A stretch of DNA of 64,000 nt, taken from NCBI GenBank assembly GCA_035314925.1, contig DATFYT010000262.1, positions 7,476-71,475 on the forward strand. The letters run 5' to 3'. Both the position numbers and the translations under genes were made by a program. Every line of letters begins with the position of its first letter. Positions within the stretch are counted from its first letter, which is position 1. The notes under the pieces are model-generated. The model saw only the letters and a list, made by a program, of their open reading frames with translations, had not been told where the DNA came from and ran no database searches. Below, one piece after another: positions 9,595 through 18,674 of the stretch. This DNA comes from Mycobacterium sp. GTDB taxonomy: Bacteria; Actinomycetota; Actinomycetes; Mycobacteriales; Mycobacteriaceae.

Positions 9595-10623
9595 TCAGCC
9601 GGCAACCAAATCGCGGCGCTGGGTGAACTTGATGTCGAGACTGCGCAAATAGGTTTGCAGCCCGGCGTCCTGGATAGGGATCAGGTGCGCAGGGGTATCG
9701 GTCTCGTTGTAGTGGGCGTGCCACATGCCTGGCGGAGTCGTGAAGGCGCCGCCGGCCTGCCAGTCCACCCGGATCGGGTCGACGATCTCGCCGCGCTCGT
9801 CGAGGCGGGTGCCCAGCAGGGTGTAGCAGCCACTGGGTGGCGCATCGAGAATCAGATCCAAGGCGACCGACTGGTGCCGGTGTGGGCGCTGCTCCTGGCC
9901 GGCGGGCAGCACACCGAACATGGCCCACAGCACGTGGGTGATGGTCAGCGTCTGCTCCTGGTCGGCGTTCGCCAGCAGGACGCTGACCCGGCTCTTGTCA
10001 TTGGCGCCGGGGCGAGCGGCGATGTCCTCGAGTTTTGCGACGGCGTCGGCGCGGCGAAACTTTGTTGGCCGGAACCGGGGCTGTGTCGCGTCGGCGCCGA
10101 GGTAGCGCAGCAGCGGTTCGTCGTGCACCCAGTACATGGCCGCCTCGGCGTTGGCGTAGAACACCGAGTGGAATCCGGCTGGCAGCGTCAAGAAGTCACC
10201 TTTTTCCCACTTGACCAGATGGCCGTTGATGGCCGCGAAGCCCCGCCCGTACAGCACGTAGTACAGCTGGCTGGTGGCGTTCGGGCTGGTGTCGATCTGC
10301 TCACCGGCGCGGATACTCAGGAAGTTCGCCAACAGCGCCGGGCTGGTCGCCGTGCCGGCCATGACGCCCAGCTCCTTGGACAAATCCAGCGGCACCACAC
10401 CGGTCGGCTGGTCCAGGTAGATCTCTGGCCCGAACTGAACGATCGGCACTTGCGGCGCGTGCCCCGAGCCAATCGGGTTGGCGGCCTTGGAGTACTCGAA
10501 CAAGCGGGCGTCATCGGCCCACTCTTCAAACCGACCCTCGAACCCGTACTCGGCGACGTTGGTCATCGGCGCTGGAACTGTCGGGTCCAAGTTGACTGCC
10601 GCTTCTTGTTTCGCGAGGGACAT
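9595..10623 (-). CDS. Bicupin metalloenzyme (gentisate-dioxygenase-like fold), function unknown
   Basis: C-terminal cupin with RPHRHQS and TPPGMWHAHYN; N-terminal degenerate cupin (YYVLYGRG...WEKGDFLTLP); RBS GGAGG before ATG 10623. Confidence 0.8.
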   Translation of the reverse strand: MSLAKQEAAVNLDPTVPAPMTNVAEYGFEGRFEEWADDARLFEYSKAANPIGSGHAPQVPIVQFGPEIYLDQPTGVVPLDLSKELGVMAGTATSPALLANFLSIRAGEQIDTSPNATSQLYYVLYGRGFAAINGHLVKWEKGDFLTLPAGFHSVFYANAEAAMYWVHDEPLLRYLGADATQPRFRPTKFRRADAVAKLEDIAARPGANDKSRVSVLLANADQEQTLTITHVLWAMFGVLPAGQEQRPHRHQSVALDLILDAPPSGCYTLLGTRLDERGEIVDPIRVDWQAGGAFTTPPGMWHAHYNETDTPAHLIPIQDAGLQTYLRSLDIKFTQRRDLVAG

Positions 10624-10663
10624 CGCGGGCCTCCTTTTAGTGCTCCGTAACGCTTGCACGCCG

Positions 10664-10693
10664 ATAGTATCTATCTTGTATCTCAGTTGTCAA
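10664..10693 (-). promoter_or_regulatory. SigA-type promoter TTGACA-N18-TACTAT with an operator-like AGATACAAGATA box in the spacer
   Basis: Minus strand reads TTGACA actgagatacaagataga TACTAT about 40 bp upstream of the cupin ATG. Confidence 0.75.
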
Positions 10694-10739
10694 CCGCTGC
10701 CGATTACCCCTCGACAGAGGCCCGGACGCGATGTCGTCT

Positions 10740-11588
10740 CTAGTCGGGGATGTAGTCGAACTTGTCCGGGTTGGGACCGGTGCGGCCCGATTCGCCACGA
10801 TCCAATCCGGTGACTGCGTCCATTTCGTCGGTGCCGAGGCCGAAGTCGAAGATGTCGAAATTCGACTGCATCCGCTTGCGGTGCACCGACTTCGGGAACA
10901 CGATGTCGCCGCGCTGGATGTGCCAGCGCAGCACCACCTGCGCAGGAGTTTTACCGTGCGCATCGGCGATGCCGGTTATGGCGGGGTCGTCGAGCACCTT
11001 GCCTTGCGCGATTGGTGACCAGGCCTCCGTCGCAATCCGGTGCTTGTGGTCGTAGGAGCGCACCTGCTCGTTGCCGAAGTACGGGTGTACCTCGATCTGA
11101 TTGACCGCGGGCACGGTCTGCGATCCGTCGGCGAGCCGGTCGAGATGCGCGACCTGGAAGTTGGACACGCCAATGCTGCGTGCCCGGCCGTCCTTGGCGA
11201 ACTCCTCGAGCACGTTCCAGGTCGAGACGAAGTCACCGTCATACAGCGTCGGCAGCGGCCAATGGATCAAGAACAGGTCAACGTAATCAGAGCCCAGCGC
11301 GCTCAATGTGGCGTCGAACGCGCGTCGCGCATCGTCCGGCCGGTGATACCCGTTGTTGAGCTTGCTGGTAACGAAGACCGCACCGCGGTCCAGGCCGGCA
11401 TCGCGGATTCCTTGACCGACTTCCTTTTCGTTGCCGTACATCTCGGCGGTGTCGATGTGCCGGTACCCGACCTCGAGCGCCGAACGCACCGCCGCGGCCG
11501 TCTGATCCGGTTTGATCTGGAATACGCCGAAACCCAATTGTGGGATGGTGTTGCCGTCGTTGAGCGTGATCGATGGGACAGAACTCAT
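10740..11588 (-). CDS. Aldo/keto reductase (2,5-diketo-D-gluconate reductase-like)
   Basis: IPQLGFGVFQ, GYRHIDTAEMYGNE, DLFLIHWP, SIGVSNF and FPKS. Confidence 0.93.
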   Translation of the reverse strand: MSSVPSITLNDGNTIPQLGFGVFQIKPDQTAAAVRSALEVGYRHIDTAEMYGNEKEVGQGIRDAGLDRGAVFVTSKLNNGYHRPDDARRAFDATLSALGSDYVDLFLIHWPLPTLYDGDFVSTWNVLEEFAKDGRARSIGVSNFQVAHLDRLADGSQTVPAVNQIEVHPYFGNEQVRSYDHKHRIATEAWSPIAQGKVLDDPAITGIADAHGKTPAQVVLRWHIQRGDIVFPKSVHRKRMQSNFDIFDFGLGTDEMDAVTGLDRGESGRTGPNPDKFDYIPD

Positions 11589-11641
11589 CAGTGTGACCTC
11601 CTGGCGATCCCGGTGGTTGCGATCGTGGTTGTGGCTGCCCG

Positions 11642-12424
11642 TCACCGCGCCAGAACAAACTCGGCCTGGGAAGTGACTTCGCGTCGATTGTTCACCGAAG
11701 TCGCCACGTTGGCCGAGTCGTCCAGCCCGGCGAGGTGGCGCCACGAGCTGATCGCCTGCCGGGCCAGCTCCGGCGTGCGGCTGGCTGCGGCGTCCGCGGC
11801 GGCCCGGGCATGCGCGCGCATGGCGAATGCGGTCGCGGCGTCCAGCGTCGACTGATAGTGGCGCACGTTGACGAGTGCGGTCGACTCGTATGCGGCCCGG
11901 ACGGCGAATGCGCCGGCGGCCTTTGACGTGGCGCCCATCGCGTCGGCGGCCGCGCGTGCGGCACGGTCGGCGGCGTCCCAGGCGGCAATCGCAGGCATGT
12001 CGCCGCGCGCAGCCCGGCGGTGCAGCTCGGCGATGTCGAGGATCGCCTTCACCTCGGTGATTCTGGCGTACTGCACAACGCCCCAGACGGGGTTGGTCAG
12101 CAGTTCGGCCAGCCAGGCGTGGACAACGGCGTCGGCGACACCGGCCGTTCCGACGGTCTGCCAGGCGAGTTCGATCGCCAGCACGCTGCGTTCCGGCGAC
12201 AGGTAGCCACTGGATCCGGCCAGTAGGTCGTTGCAGGCCTGGACGACGACCGCCAGAGGCCGGGCCGAGCAGGTAGGGAAGTCCGTGATGAACTCATCTC
12301 CGTTGGTGTAGGAGATGACGTTCATCGCGCACCCCTTACCTGATCCCGGTTGATGGGATCCTCTGGCCAACCTGAGCGGGCGGGTGATGCGGTCGAGATC
12401 CATGCGAGTTTCTGCGGTGTACAT
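11642..12424 (-). CDS. Hypothetical protein with a GSH...GCAMN...D.P.C...ND N-terminal motif
   Basis: ORF with a GGAGG RBS; His/Cys-clustered N-terminus followed by an Ala-rich helical region. Confidence 0.75.
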   Translation of the reverse strand: MYTAETRMDLDRITRPLRLARGSHQPGSGKGCAMNVISYTNGDEFITDFPTCSARPLAVVVQACNDLLAGSSGYLSPERSVLAIELAWQTVGTAGVADAVVHAWLAELLTNPVWGVVQYARITEVKAILDIAELHRRAARGDMPAIAAWDAADRAARAAADAMGATSKAAGAFAVRAAYESTALVNVRHYQSTLDAATAFAMRAHARAAADAAASRTPELARQAISSWRHLAGLDDSANVATSVNNRREVTSQAEFVLAR

Positions 12425-12479
12425 GGCGGGCCTCCCTCTTTGCGCACCTCTTAGATATTTGCTAGATATGACTGTAGTT

Positions 12480-12494
12480 TATCTTGTATCTAAG
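12480..12494. promoter_or_regulatory. Second TATCTTGTATCTnAG box in the divergent hypothetical/gntR intergenic region
   Basis: tatcttgtatctaag here versus tatcttgtatctcag at 10672-10686 (14/15 identical). Confidence 0.65.
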
Positions 12495-12606
12495 CTGCTG
12501 GACCTGCGAGATCGGTCACAGCTGCGCCTACCGAGTAGTGGCGACACGCTGGTGTACGGTGATGTACACATGTGGGATACGGCTTAGCTGCAGGGGAGGG
12601 GCGCTG

Positions 12607-13305
12607 ATGGCGACCAAGGCAAATGGTGGTGGCCGGGTTGCTGCCAAGGACCGCGCGCATGACTACGTGAAGCGCCAGGTGCTGACCGGAGCCTTTCCGG
12701 GCGGGGAACTGATCAGCGAGGGCGAGGTCGCGGGTGCCCTGGGGATGTCGCGGACTCCGGTGCGCGAAGCATTCCTGCGGTTGGAGGCCGAAGGGCTACT
12801 CCGGCTGTACCCGCAGCGCGGTGCGCTCGTGGTGCCGGTTTCCTCGGGGGAGTCCCGCGCGGTCATCGAGGCCAGGCTTGTTCTCGAACAGTTCGCCGCA
12901 CGCAAGGTCATCGGACGTGGCGCGGCAGTGCGCGCATCGGTATTCGAACGGCTATCGGCGGAACTGCAACGGCAGCGCGACGCGGCCGCTAAAGCTGACT
13001 GGGAAGAATTCTCAGACGCCGACCGCGCCTTTCATGACGTCACCCTTCAAGCGTCAGGAAACGCGATCGTGGCCGGCTTCTACTCATCACTGCGCGACCG
13101 TCAGATGCGGATGAACCGTGAATTGGTGATGCACGAGGAACGGATCACGACGATCCTGGAAGAGCATCGCCTCTTCGCCGAAGCGGTGCGCGACGGAGAT
13201 CTCGAACGCACCGAGGAGGTTTTGCGGACGCACCTCGTGAGCACGATGCGCACGCTTGGTCTTGCCGTCCAGCATCCGGCCCAAAGCGGCGACGGGGGCG
13301 GGTGA
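12607..13305 (+). CDS. GntR family (FadR/FCD-type) transcriptional regulator
   Basis: wHTH ISEGEVAGALGMSRTPVREAFLRLEAEGL; FCD domain DRAFH...EH...H; GGGAGG RBS. Confidence 0.93.
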   Translation: MATKANGGGRVAAKDRAHDYVKRQVLTGAFPGGELISEGEVAGALGMSRTPVREAFLRLEAEGLLRLYPQRGALVVPVSSGESRAVIEARLVLEQFAARKVIGRGAAVRASVFERLSAELQRQRDAAAKADWEEFSDADRAFHDVTLQASGNAIVAGFYSSLRDRQMRMNRELVMHEERITTILEEHRLFAEAVRDGDLERTEEVLRTHLVSTMRTLGLAVQHPAQSGDGGG

Positions 13306-13324
13306 CGAAAGAGTTCGCGCGTCG

Positions 13325-13864
13325 TCACACCTGACGCCATGATGGCTGGCTCGGGTCGACCAGCTGCACGTCGACGGGACCAAGGCCGAAGATCGCAATA
13401 ACCGCCGGGTCGGGCTGGCCGGCTGGTACGCCGTCGTAGTGCGGGGTTCGCGCGGTGCGCTTAACGTAGCCACCCGGTCCGACCGGAACCGCATCTTGCG
13501 GTTGGAAATCATTGCCGCTGTTGACAAACCAGGTACCGAATACCACCACCTGAATCCGGTCAGTCGCATAGGCGTGCGGCGCGCTGAACCAACCCGGACT
13601 CCATTTCATCAACACGAGGTACGGCCCCGGTTTGTTGAAATCTCCGTACAGCTTGGCCATTTCGCCGCTGTGCTGCGGCAAGTTGCCCCATGGCTCGAAA
13701 GTGGTGTCCTGGTACGGCTGGACGAACGTTTCGCTTGGATCCGGGCCGGCTTCAGGTGCCGGCGCCAACTTGATGTTGTCGAGTTTGGCCGTCTTGTCAC
13801 CGGCGGCCATCGCCGCCATCAAGAGCGGTGCCGCGGCCAGTATTGATCGCCGGTCTAACTCCAT
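13325..13864 (-). CDS. Putative Tat-exported cupin-fold protein
   Basis: MELDRRSILAAAPLLMAA twin-arginine signal; cupin-like APHAY...VVVFGTW...PGGYVKRTARTPHYDG. Confidence 0.7.
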   Translation of the reverse strand: MELDRRSILAAAPLLMAAMAAGDKTAKLDNIKLAPAPEAGPDPSETFVQPYQDTTFEPWGNLPQHSGEMAKLYGDFNKPGPYLVLMKWSPGWFSAPHAYATDRIQVVVFGTWFVNSGNDFQPQDAVPVGPGGYVKRTARTPHYDGVPAGQPDPAVIAIFGLGPVDVQLVDPSQPSWRQV

Positions 13865-13936
13865 ACTGCACCTCACCGTCGCTCTAATGCGCCGCGGGCG
13901 CGAGCCGCACGACAGCATCATTGGATGTTAGTGCTC

Positions 13937-16090
13937 TCACCCGACTGGCGAGCGGTCGGCTGCGCCGCTATCCGACGTCGCGAAACAGACGAAGTTGAGT
14001 TCCGCAAGGTTGGCTGCGACGGCGACGAGAGGCTGCGCGGCTTCGACAGCCATGCTCTCCCCGGTCGCCTCGGCGCGCAATGATCGAACAAATTCCTCGG
14101 TGATGGGGTGTTCCGTTGCATCACGCCGCCTGGTCACTTGATCGCCGAGCGAGTCCGCGTAGGTCTCCAACAAGGCGCGGGTGGCCGGGTATACGCCCGG
14201 CGGCGGCAACTTCTTGATATCGGCGATCATGTCTCCCGCGGACCGTACCAAGGTCGTCCTATTGGCCGCCCTGACCACCGGGGTCCGCAGGTTGGCCCCG
14301 CTGCCGGTTTCCGAAAGGTATTGGCGGACAGCGTCGTCGACCGTCCGGCTGACCACCATCGCATCGCGGCTGAGTGCATGCAGATCTGCTTCGTCTGAAC
14401 GATCACGGGTGACACGCCGCACGGCCGCGCGCAGATAGGGCACATTGACGTCGAGTGCGGCACTGATCACGGCCGACATCGCGGCTATCGCGCCCCTTGG
14501 CCACAGCAGCAGCGATACAACCATGCCCACCCCGGCGCCCATTACGACGTCTTCGATGCGCAGCAGACCGATCCGCCAACCGGTCGGGACCATCAGGTCG
14601 AGGATGATCAACGTTGTCAACGTGGTCACTGCCTGAGCAACAGCGAAAGAGAAGAGCCGCGGCAGGTAGGCCGATCCGAACACCGCGATTGGCAGCAGCG
14701 ACCACAGCGCCGGCGGTGCGATGGTGAAAGCGGCTATGAGCACCGCGGCGACGGTGACGCCGACGGCGGCGCCCGTCACCGCTTGAACCATTTTGGTTCT
14801 CGTGACGAGCGCGCTACTGGCGAGCACCGCCATCGTTCCCAGGACGACCCAGAAGCCGTGCAACATCGGGAAGAGATGGCTGACGGCGACGGCCAGCGCC
14901 AACCCCACGCCGGTGCGCAGACCGTTGCGTGCCACGACGGAGTGGATGCGCAGAAACCCGGCCGGGACGGCGGTGATGGTGACAGTCTCGGGCAAGATCC
15001 GGTCGCCGAAACCGGTGGGCGGCAATCGCAAGCCCAAGGCCCGCGCCCACACCGGTCGCGCGTCGGCCGCCGCTGCCCCGGCGATGAGGCTGCCGGCCAG
15101 ACGAATGGTTGTCGCGATCACCCGACAGGTCAGCAATCGGCGGCCAATTGCGATTGCTGCTGCGTCGTCCGGCGCACTGAGGACCAGCCTGACGTCGTGG
15201 CGATAGCGACCTCTTGCCAGCGACTGCAATCGCGGCAATGCCTGGTCGAGGGCCGCCCGCTTCGCGGCTCGGTCGGTCAGGTGTGAGGCGTCGAGCACTC
15301 GTGCGCAGTAGCGCATCACGTCGACGGCCGGCTGCCGTACTGGGCCCAACGCGGTCCCGGTGTCGTCGTCGACGCGTTCGCTAACCAAGCCGAGGTGGTC
15401 GACGACACGCATGAGAGCCCGGCTGCCTGCGGTCAGGCCTACCGGGCGGGAGCTGGCGGCCAAGAAGGTGGCGCGCAGCCTGTCCATCGCGGTGGATACC
15501 TCAACCGTCGACCCGATGCCCTCGATCCGGTCGGCCAATGCGGCGCACACCTGCGCCGCATTGCGGCGCAGCGCGTCGTGATGCCGTGGGGGGAGCAGGA
15601 ACAACGACGCCGGCGCACACAGCGCGAGGGCGATCAGCCAACCCAGCAGCCGCTCGCCCGCCGGCCCGGCCGGTGTGCATACCGGCCAGACGAAGCACAA
15701 CAATGTCGTGCGTTGACCGGCCGACATCGTCTCGCTGAGCGCGCCCGCCAGGGTCACCGCCACACCCAGGATCAATGTGAGCATCACCGCCAGCCAGGCC
15801 ACCCGCGTAACCAAGGTGCCCAGGACAATCAGGATGCTTCCGTTGAGGCCCAGGCCGAGGTAGGCCACCGCACGGTTCTGGCGGTTACCGGGGAAATCAG
15901 TAACCACCATCAGCCAGTAGGCGCCAAGCGCCGCAAACAGTGGGGTAGCCGTGCCGCCGACTAGAACGCGACCCAACCCGGCCGCGAGCGGCACCACGAT
16001 CGCCGCACGGATGGCCCGTCGCAACCCGTCGCGGTCCGGGTCCTTGGTGTGCAACCGCTCCAACGCCCGCCGGACCGGCCAGATCGCCAT
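13937..16090 (-). CDS. FUSC family (aromatic acid exporter-like) membrane protein
   Basis: DPDRDGLRRAIRAA, RNGLRTGVGLALAV, HGFWVVLGT and LLLWPRGA; multiple TM helices. Start placed at ATG 16090; the longer track ORF is antisense to budA. Confidence 0.85.
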   Translation of the reverse strand: MAIWPVRRALERLHTKDPDRDGLRRAIRAAIVVPLAAGLGRVLVGGTATPLFAALGAYWLMVVTDFPGNRQNRAVAYLGLGLNGSILIVLGTLVTRVAWLAVMLTLILGVAVTLAGALSETMSAGQRTTLLCFVWPVCTPAGPAGERLLGWLIALALCAPASLFLLPPRHHDALRRNAAQVCAALADRIEGIGSTVEVSTAMDRLRATFLAASSRPVGLTAGSRALMRVVDHLGLVSERVDDDTGTALGPVRQPAVDVMRYCARVLDASHLTDRAAKRAALDQALPRLQSLARGRYRHDVRLVLSAPDDAAAIAIGRRLLTCRVIATTIRLAGSLIAGAAAADARPVWARALGLRLPPTGFGDRILPETVTITAVPAGFLRIHSVVARNGLRTGVGLALAVAVSHLFPMLHGFWVVLGTMAVLASSALVTRTKMVQAVTGAAVGVTVAAVLIAAFTIAPPALWSLLPIAVFGSAYLPRLFSFAVAQAVTTLTTLIILDLMVPTGWRIGLLRIEDVVMGAGVGMVVSLLLWPRGAIAAMSAVISAALDVNVPYLRAAVRRVTRDRSDEADLHALSRDAMVVSRTVDDAVRQYLSETGSGANLRTPVVRAANRTTLVRSAGDMIADIKKLPPPGVYPATRALLETYADSLGDQVTRRRDATEHPITEEFVRSLRAEATGESMAVEAAQPLVAVAANLAELNFVCFATSDSGAADRSPVG

Positions 16091-16216
16091 GAGTGGATGG
16101 TAGAGCCGTTGTCGCGATGCGACTCCGCGAGCGCTCGCGTTGACGACGCCGCGAATGAGCGAAACAATCCTTACTGCTTTGGGGCATACCACCAGCATTT
16201 TGCGGGGAGACCCACC

Positions 16217-16999
16217 GTGGCCTTTGATCCAGCTGAGTCTGCAGCGAGCGTCCTGCGCGGTTGGATGCGCGCGATGCTCACGCATCGGCATGGCAGCGAG
16301 GTCTATCAGACCTCGACGATGGGAGCGTTGCTCGATGGCGTGTACGACGGCGACGTCACTATCCGGGAGCTGTTGCGGCACGGTGACTTTGGCCTGGGCA
16401 CCTTCAATGGCCTCGACGGCGAAATGCTGGTGGTCGATGGGGTATGCTATCAATTGCGCGGCGACGGCAGTGCAAGCGTCGCCGATCCGGAGCAACGCAC
16501 CCCGTTCGCCGTTGTCACCTGGTTCGCTGCCGACCGCGCATTCGACGTGTCCGCGCCGGTCGACCGCGTCGAGCTCAAAGCGCGCATCGACGAGTCGCTG
16601 CCGAGCGCCAATCTGATCGTTGCTGTTCGTGTCACCGGTGATTTCAGCGCGATTCGTACCCGCACAGTGACCGAGCAGCATCGCCCGTACCGACCATTCA
16701 CCGAGGCCACCGAAGACCAGCAGGAGCTGACCTTCACCGACGTGACCGGCACGCTGGCCGGATTCCGGATGCCCGACTACGAGCAAGGAATTTCAGTGGC
16801 CGGCTACCATTCCCATTTCGTCGACGCCGAGCATCACCACGGCGGCCACGCCCTCGATTACCAGTTAGCCCGCGGCAGAGTCGAGATTTGTCTCCGCTCC
16901 GATCTGCACTTGAGTCTGCCGCGCACCCCGGAATTCCTTGCCGCCGAACTGAACAAGGCCGACCTCGACACCCAGATCCGCCGCACCGAGGGAGAATGA
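16217..16999 (+). CDS. budA: Alpha-acetolactate decarboxylase
   Basis: [32 protein letters not shown] and GYHSHF...GGH Zn ligands; [10 protein letters not shown] before GTG. Confidence 0.95.
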   Translation: MAFDPAESAASVLRGWMRAMLTHRHGSEVYQTSTMGALLDGVYDGDVTIRELLRHGDFGLGTFNGLDGEMLVVDGVCYQLRGDGSASVADPEQRTPFAVVTWFAADRAFDVSAPVDRVELKARIDESLPSANLIVAVRVTGDFSAIRTRTVTEQHRPYRPFTEATEDQQELTFTDVTGTLAGFRMPDYEQGISVAGYHSHFVDAEHHHGGHALDYQLARGRVEICLRSDLHLSLPRTPEFLAAELNKADLDTQIRRTEGE

Positions 17000-17000
17000 C

Positions 17001-18671
17001 GTGAGCGAAAGCGACGTGCGAGCCGCCCAACGCGTGCTCGAGACGCTCTCCGCATACGGCATCCAATACATCTTCGGTGTGCCAGGGGCCAAGATCGACC
17101 CCGTCTACGACGCGCTGGCCGACGTCGGCCCTCAACTGGTGGTTTGCCGCCACGAGCAGAACGCGGCGTTCATGGCCGCCGCCGTCGGCCGGCTCACCGG
17201 AACGCCCGGCGTGGCGCTGGTGACGTCGGGACCGGGCACCACCAACTTGGCCACCGGCCTGATCACGGCGACCACCGAGCAGGACCCGATGGTCGCCATC
17301 TGCGGGGCCGTTAACCGCGCAGACCGGCTCAAGCGCACCCACCAATCGATGGACGCCGTTGCGGCGCTCACGCCCTTCACGAAATACACCGGAGAGGTCA
17401 ACGACCCCGATAACGTGCCGGAAGCGGTCGCCAACGCCATCCGCGCCGCGCTCGCCCCACCCCGTGGCGCCGCTGCGGTGGTGCTCCCCGCTGACGTGTC
17501 GGCGGCTGCCACGTCGGCGGCGATCGTGGAGCCGTCGCCGGTGCCGCCGCTGGGCGCGGCACCGGCAGACCGAATTTCACAGGCCGTGAACATGATTCGG
17601 GCAGCACAGCGCCCGGTCCTGTTTGTCGGTGTTCGCACCGGCGATCCGGAGCCGTGTGCGGCGCTGCGTCAGTTGCTCGCGGTCGCCGACCTACCGGTAG
17701 TGGAGACATTCCAGGCCGCCGGTGTGGTGTCGCGAGAACTCGAGGATCACTTCGTCGGGCGCGTGGGGCTGTTCCGCAATCAGCCCGGCGACATTTTGAT
17801 CAGCCACGCAGACGTCTTGGTGACGGTCGGGTTCGACCCGGTCGAATACGATCCGCGGTTTTGGAATTCGTATCCGACCCGGACGCTGATCCACATCGAC
17901 GAGATTCCAGCTGACATCGACAACCACTACCAGCCGACGCTCGAACTACGCGGCGACATCGCCGCGACGCTGACCGCGATGATCCAGCCCCTGTCAGGGT
18001 TGCGGCTGAACGACGTCGTTAGCGCCGGCGTCGCGGAACAACGTGCCGCGCTGCGCAAGATCGACGCGGAGGCACACAACCGCCCGCAGACCGATGTCGG
18101 TGTCAACCCGGCGGCGCTCGTTCTCAAGATCCGCGACCTGATCGACGACGACGCCACCATCGCCTGCGACATTGGATCGCACTACATCTACATGGCCAGA
18201 CACTTTCGCGTCTACCAACCTCGGCGGTTGCTGTTCTCCGACGGCCAACAGACTCTCGGTGTCGCGTTGCCGTGGGCTATGGCCGCCGCGATGGTCCGTC
18301 CCGGCACACAGGTGGTGTCGGTGTCCGGTGACGGTGGATTCCTCTTCAGCGCACAGGAATTGGAAACCGCGACTCGGTTAGGGCTCAGTTTCACTCACGT
18401 GATCATGCGCGACAACACCTACAATATGGTCGCGTTTCAGGAGCAGCTCAAGTATGGGCGCACCTCAGGAGTACAACTCGGCGACTATGACATCGTGCAC
18501 TACGCCGCAGCATTCGGCGCCAAAGGTATCCGGGTCAGCGGCATCATCGAGTTCGAGTCCGCGTTCAAAAAGTCTCTGAACGAACCCGGAGTCACCATCA
18601 TCGACGTGCACGTCGACTACACGCGCAACACCGAACTCTTCGCCGAACTGCACGACGACGTCGTGGAATAA
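17001..18671 (+). CDS. alsS: Catabolic acetolactate synthase
   Basis: [38 protein letters not shown] and [15 protein letters not shown]; directly after budA. Confidence 0.93.
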   Translation: MSESDVRAAQRVLETLSAYGIQYIFGVPGAKIDPVYDALADVGPQLVVCRHEQNAAFMAAAVGRLTGTPGVALVTSGPGTTNLATGLITATTEQDPMVAICGAVNRADRLKRTHQSMDAVAALTPFTKYTGEVNDPDNVPEAVANAIRAALAPPRGAAAVVLPADVSAAATSAAIVEPSPVPPLGAAPADRISQAVNMIRAAQRPVLFVGVRTGDPEPCAALRQLLAVADLPVVETFQAAGVVSRELEDHFVGRVGLFRNQPGDILISHADVLVTVGFDPVEYDPRFWNSYPTRTLIHIDEIPADIDNHYQPTLELRGDIAATLTAMIQPLSGLRLNDVVSAGVAEQRAALRKIDAEAHNRPQTDVGVNPAALVLKIRDLIDDDATIACDIGSHYIYMARHFRVYQPRRLLFSDGQQTLGVALPWAMAAAMVRPGTQVVSVSGDGGFLFSAQELETATRLGLSFTHVIMRDNTYNMVAFQEQLKYGRTSGVQLGDYDIVHYAAAFGAKGIRVSGIIEFESAFKKSLNEPGVTIIDVHVDYTRNTELFAELHDDVVE

Positions 18672-18674
18672 CGG

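Noticed and set aside
13937-16786. Apparent 949-aa FUSC protein with a long N-terminal extension
   Set aside because: The extension is the antisense frame of budA; the FUSC-like sequence begins at ATG 16090.
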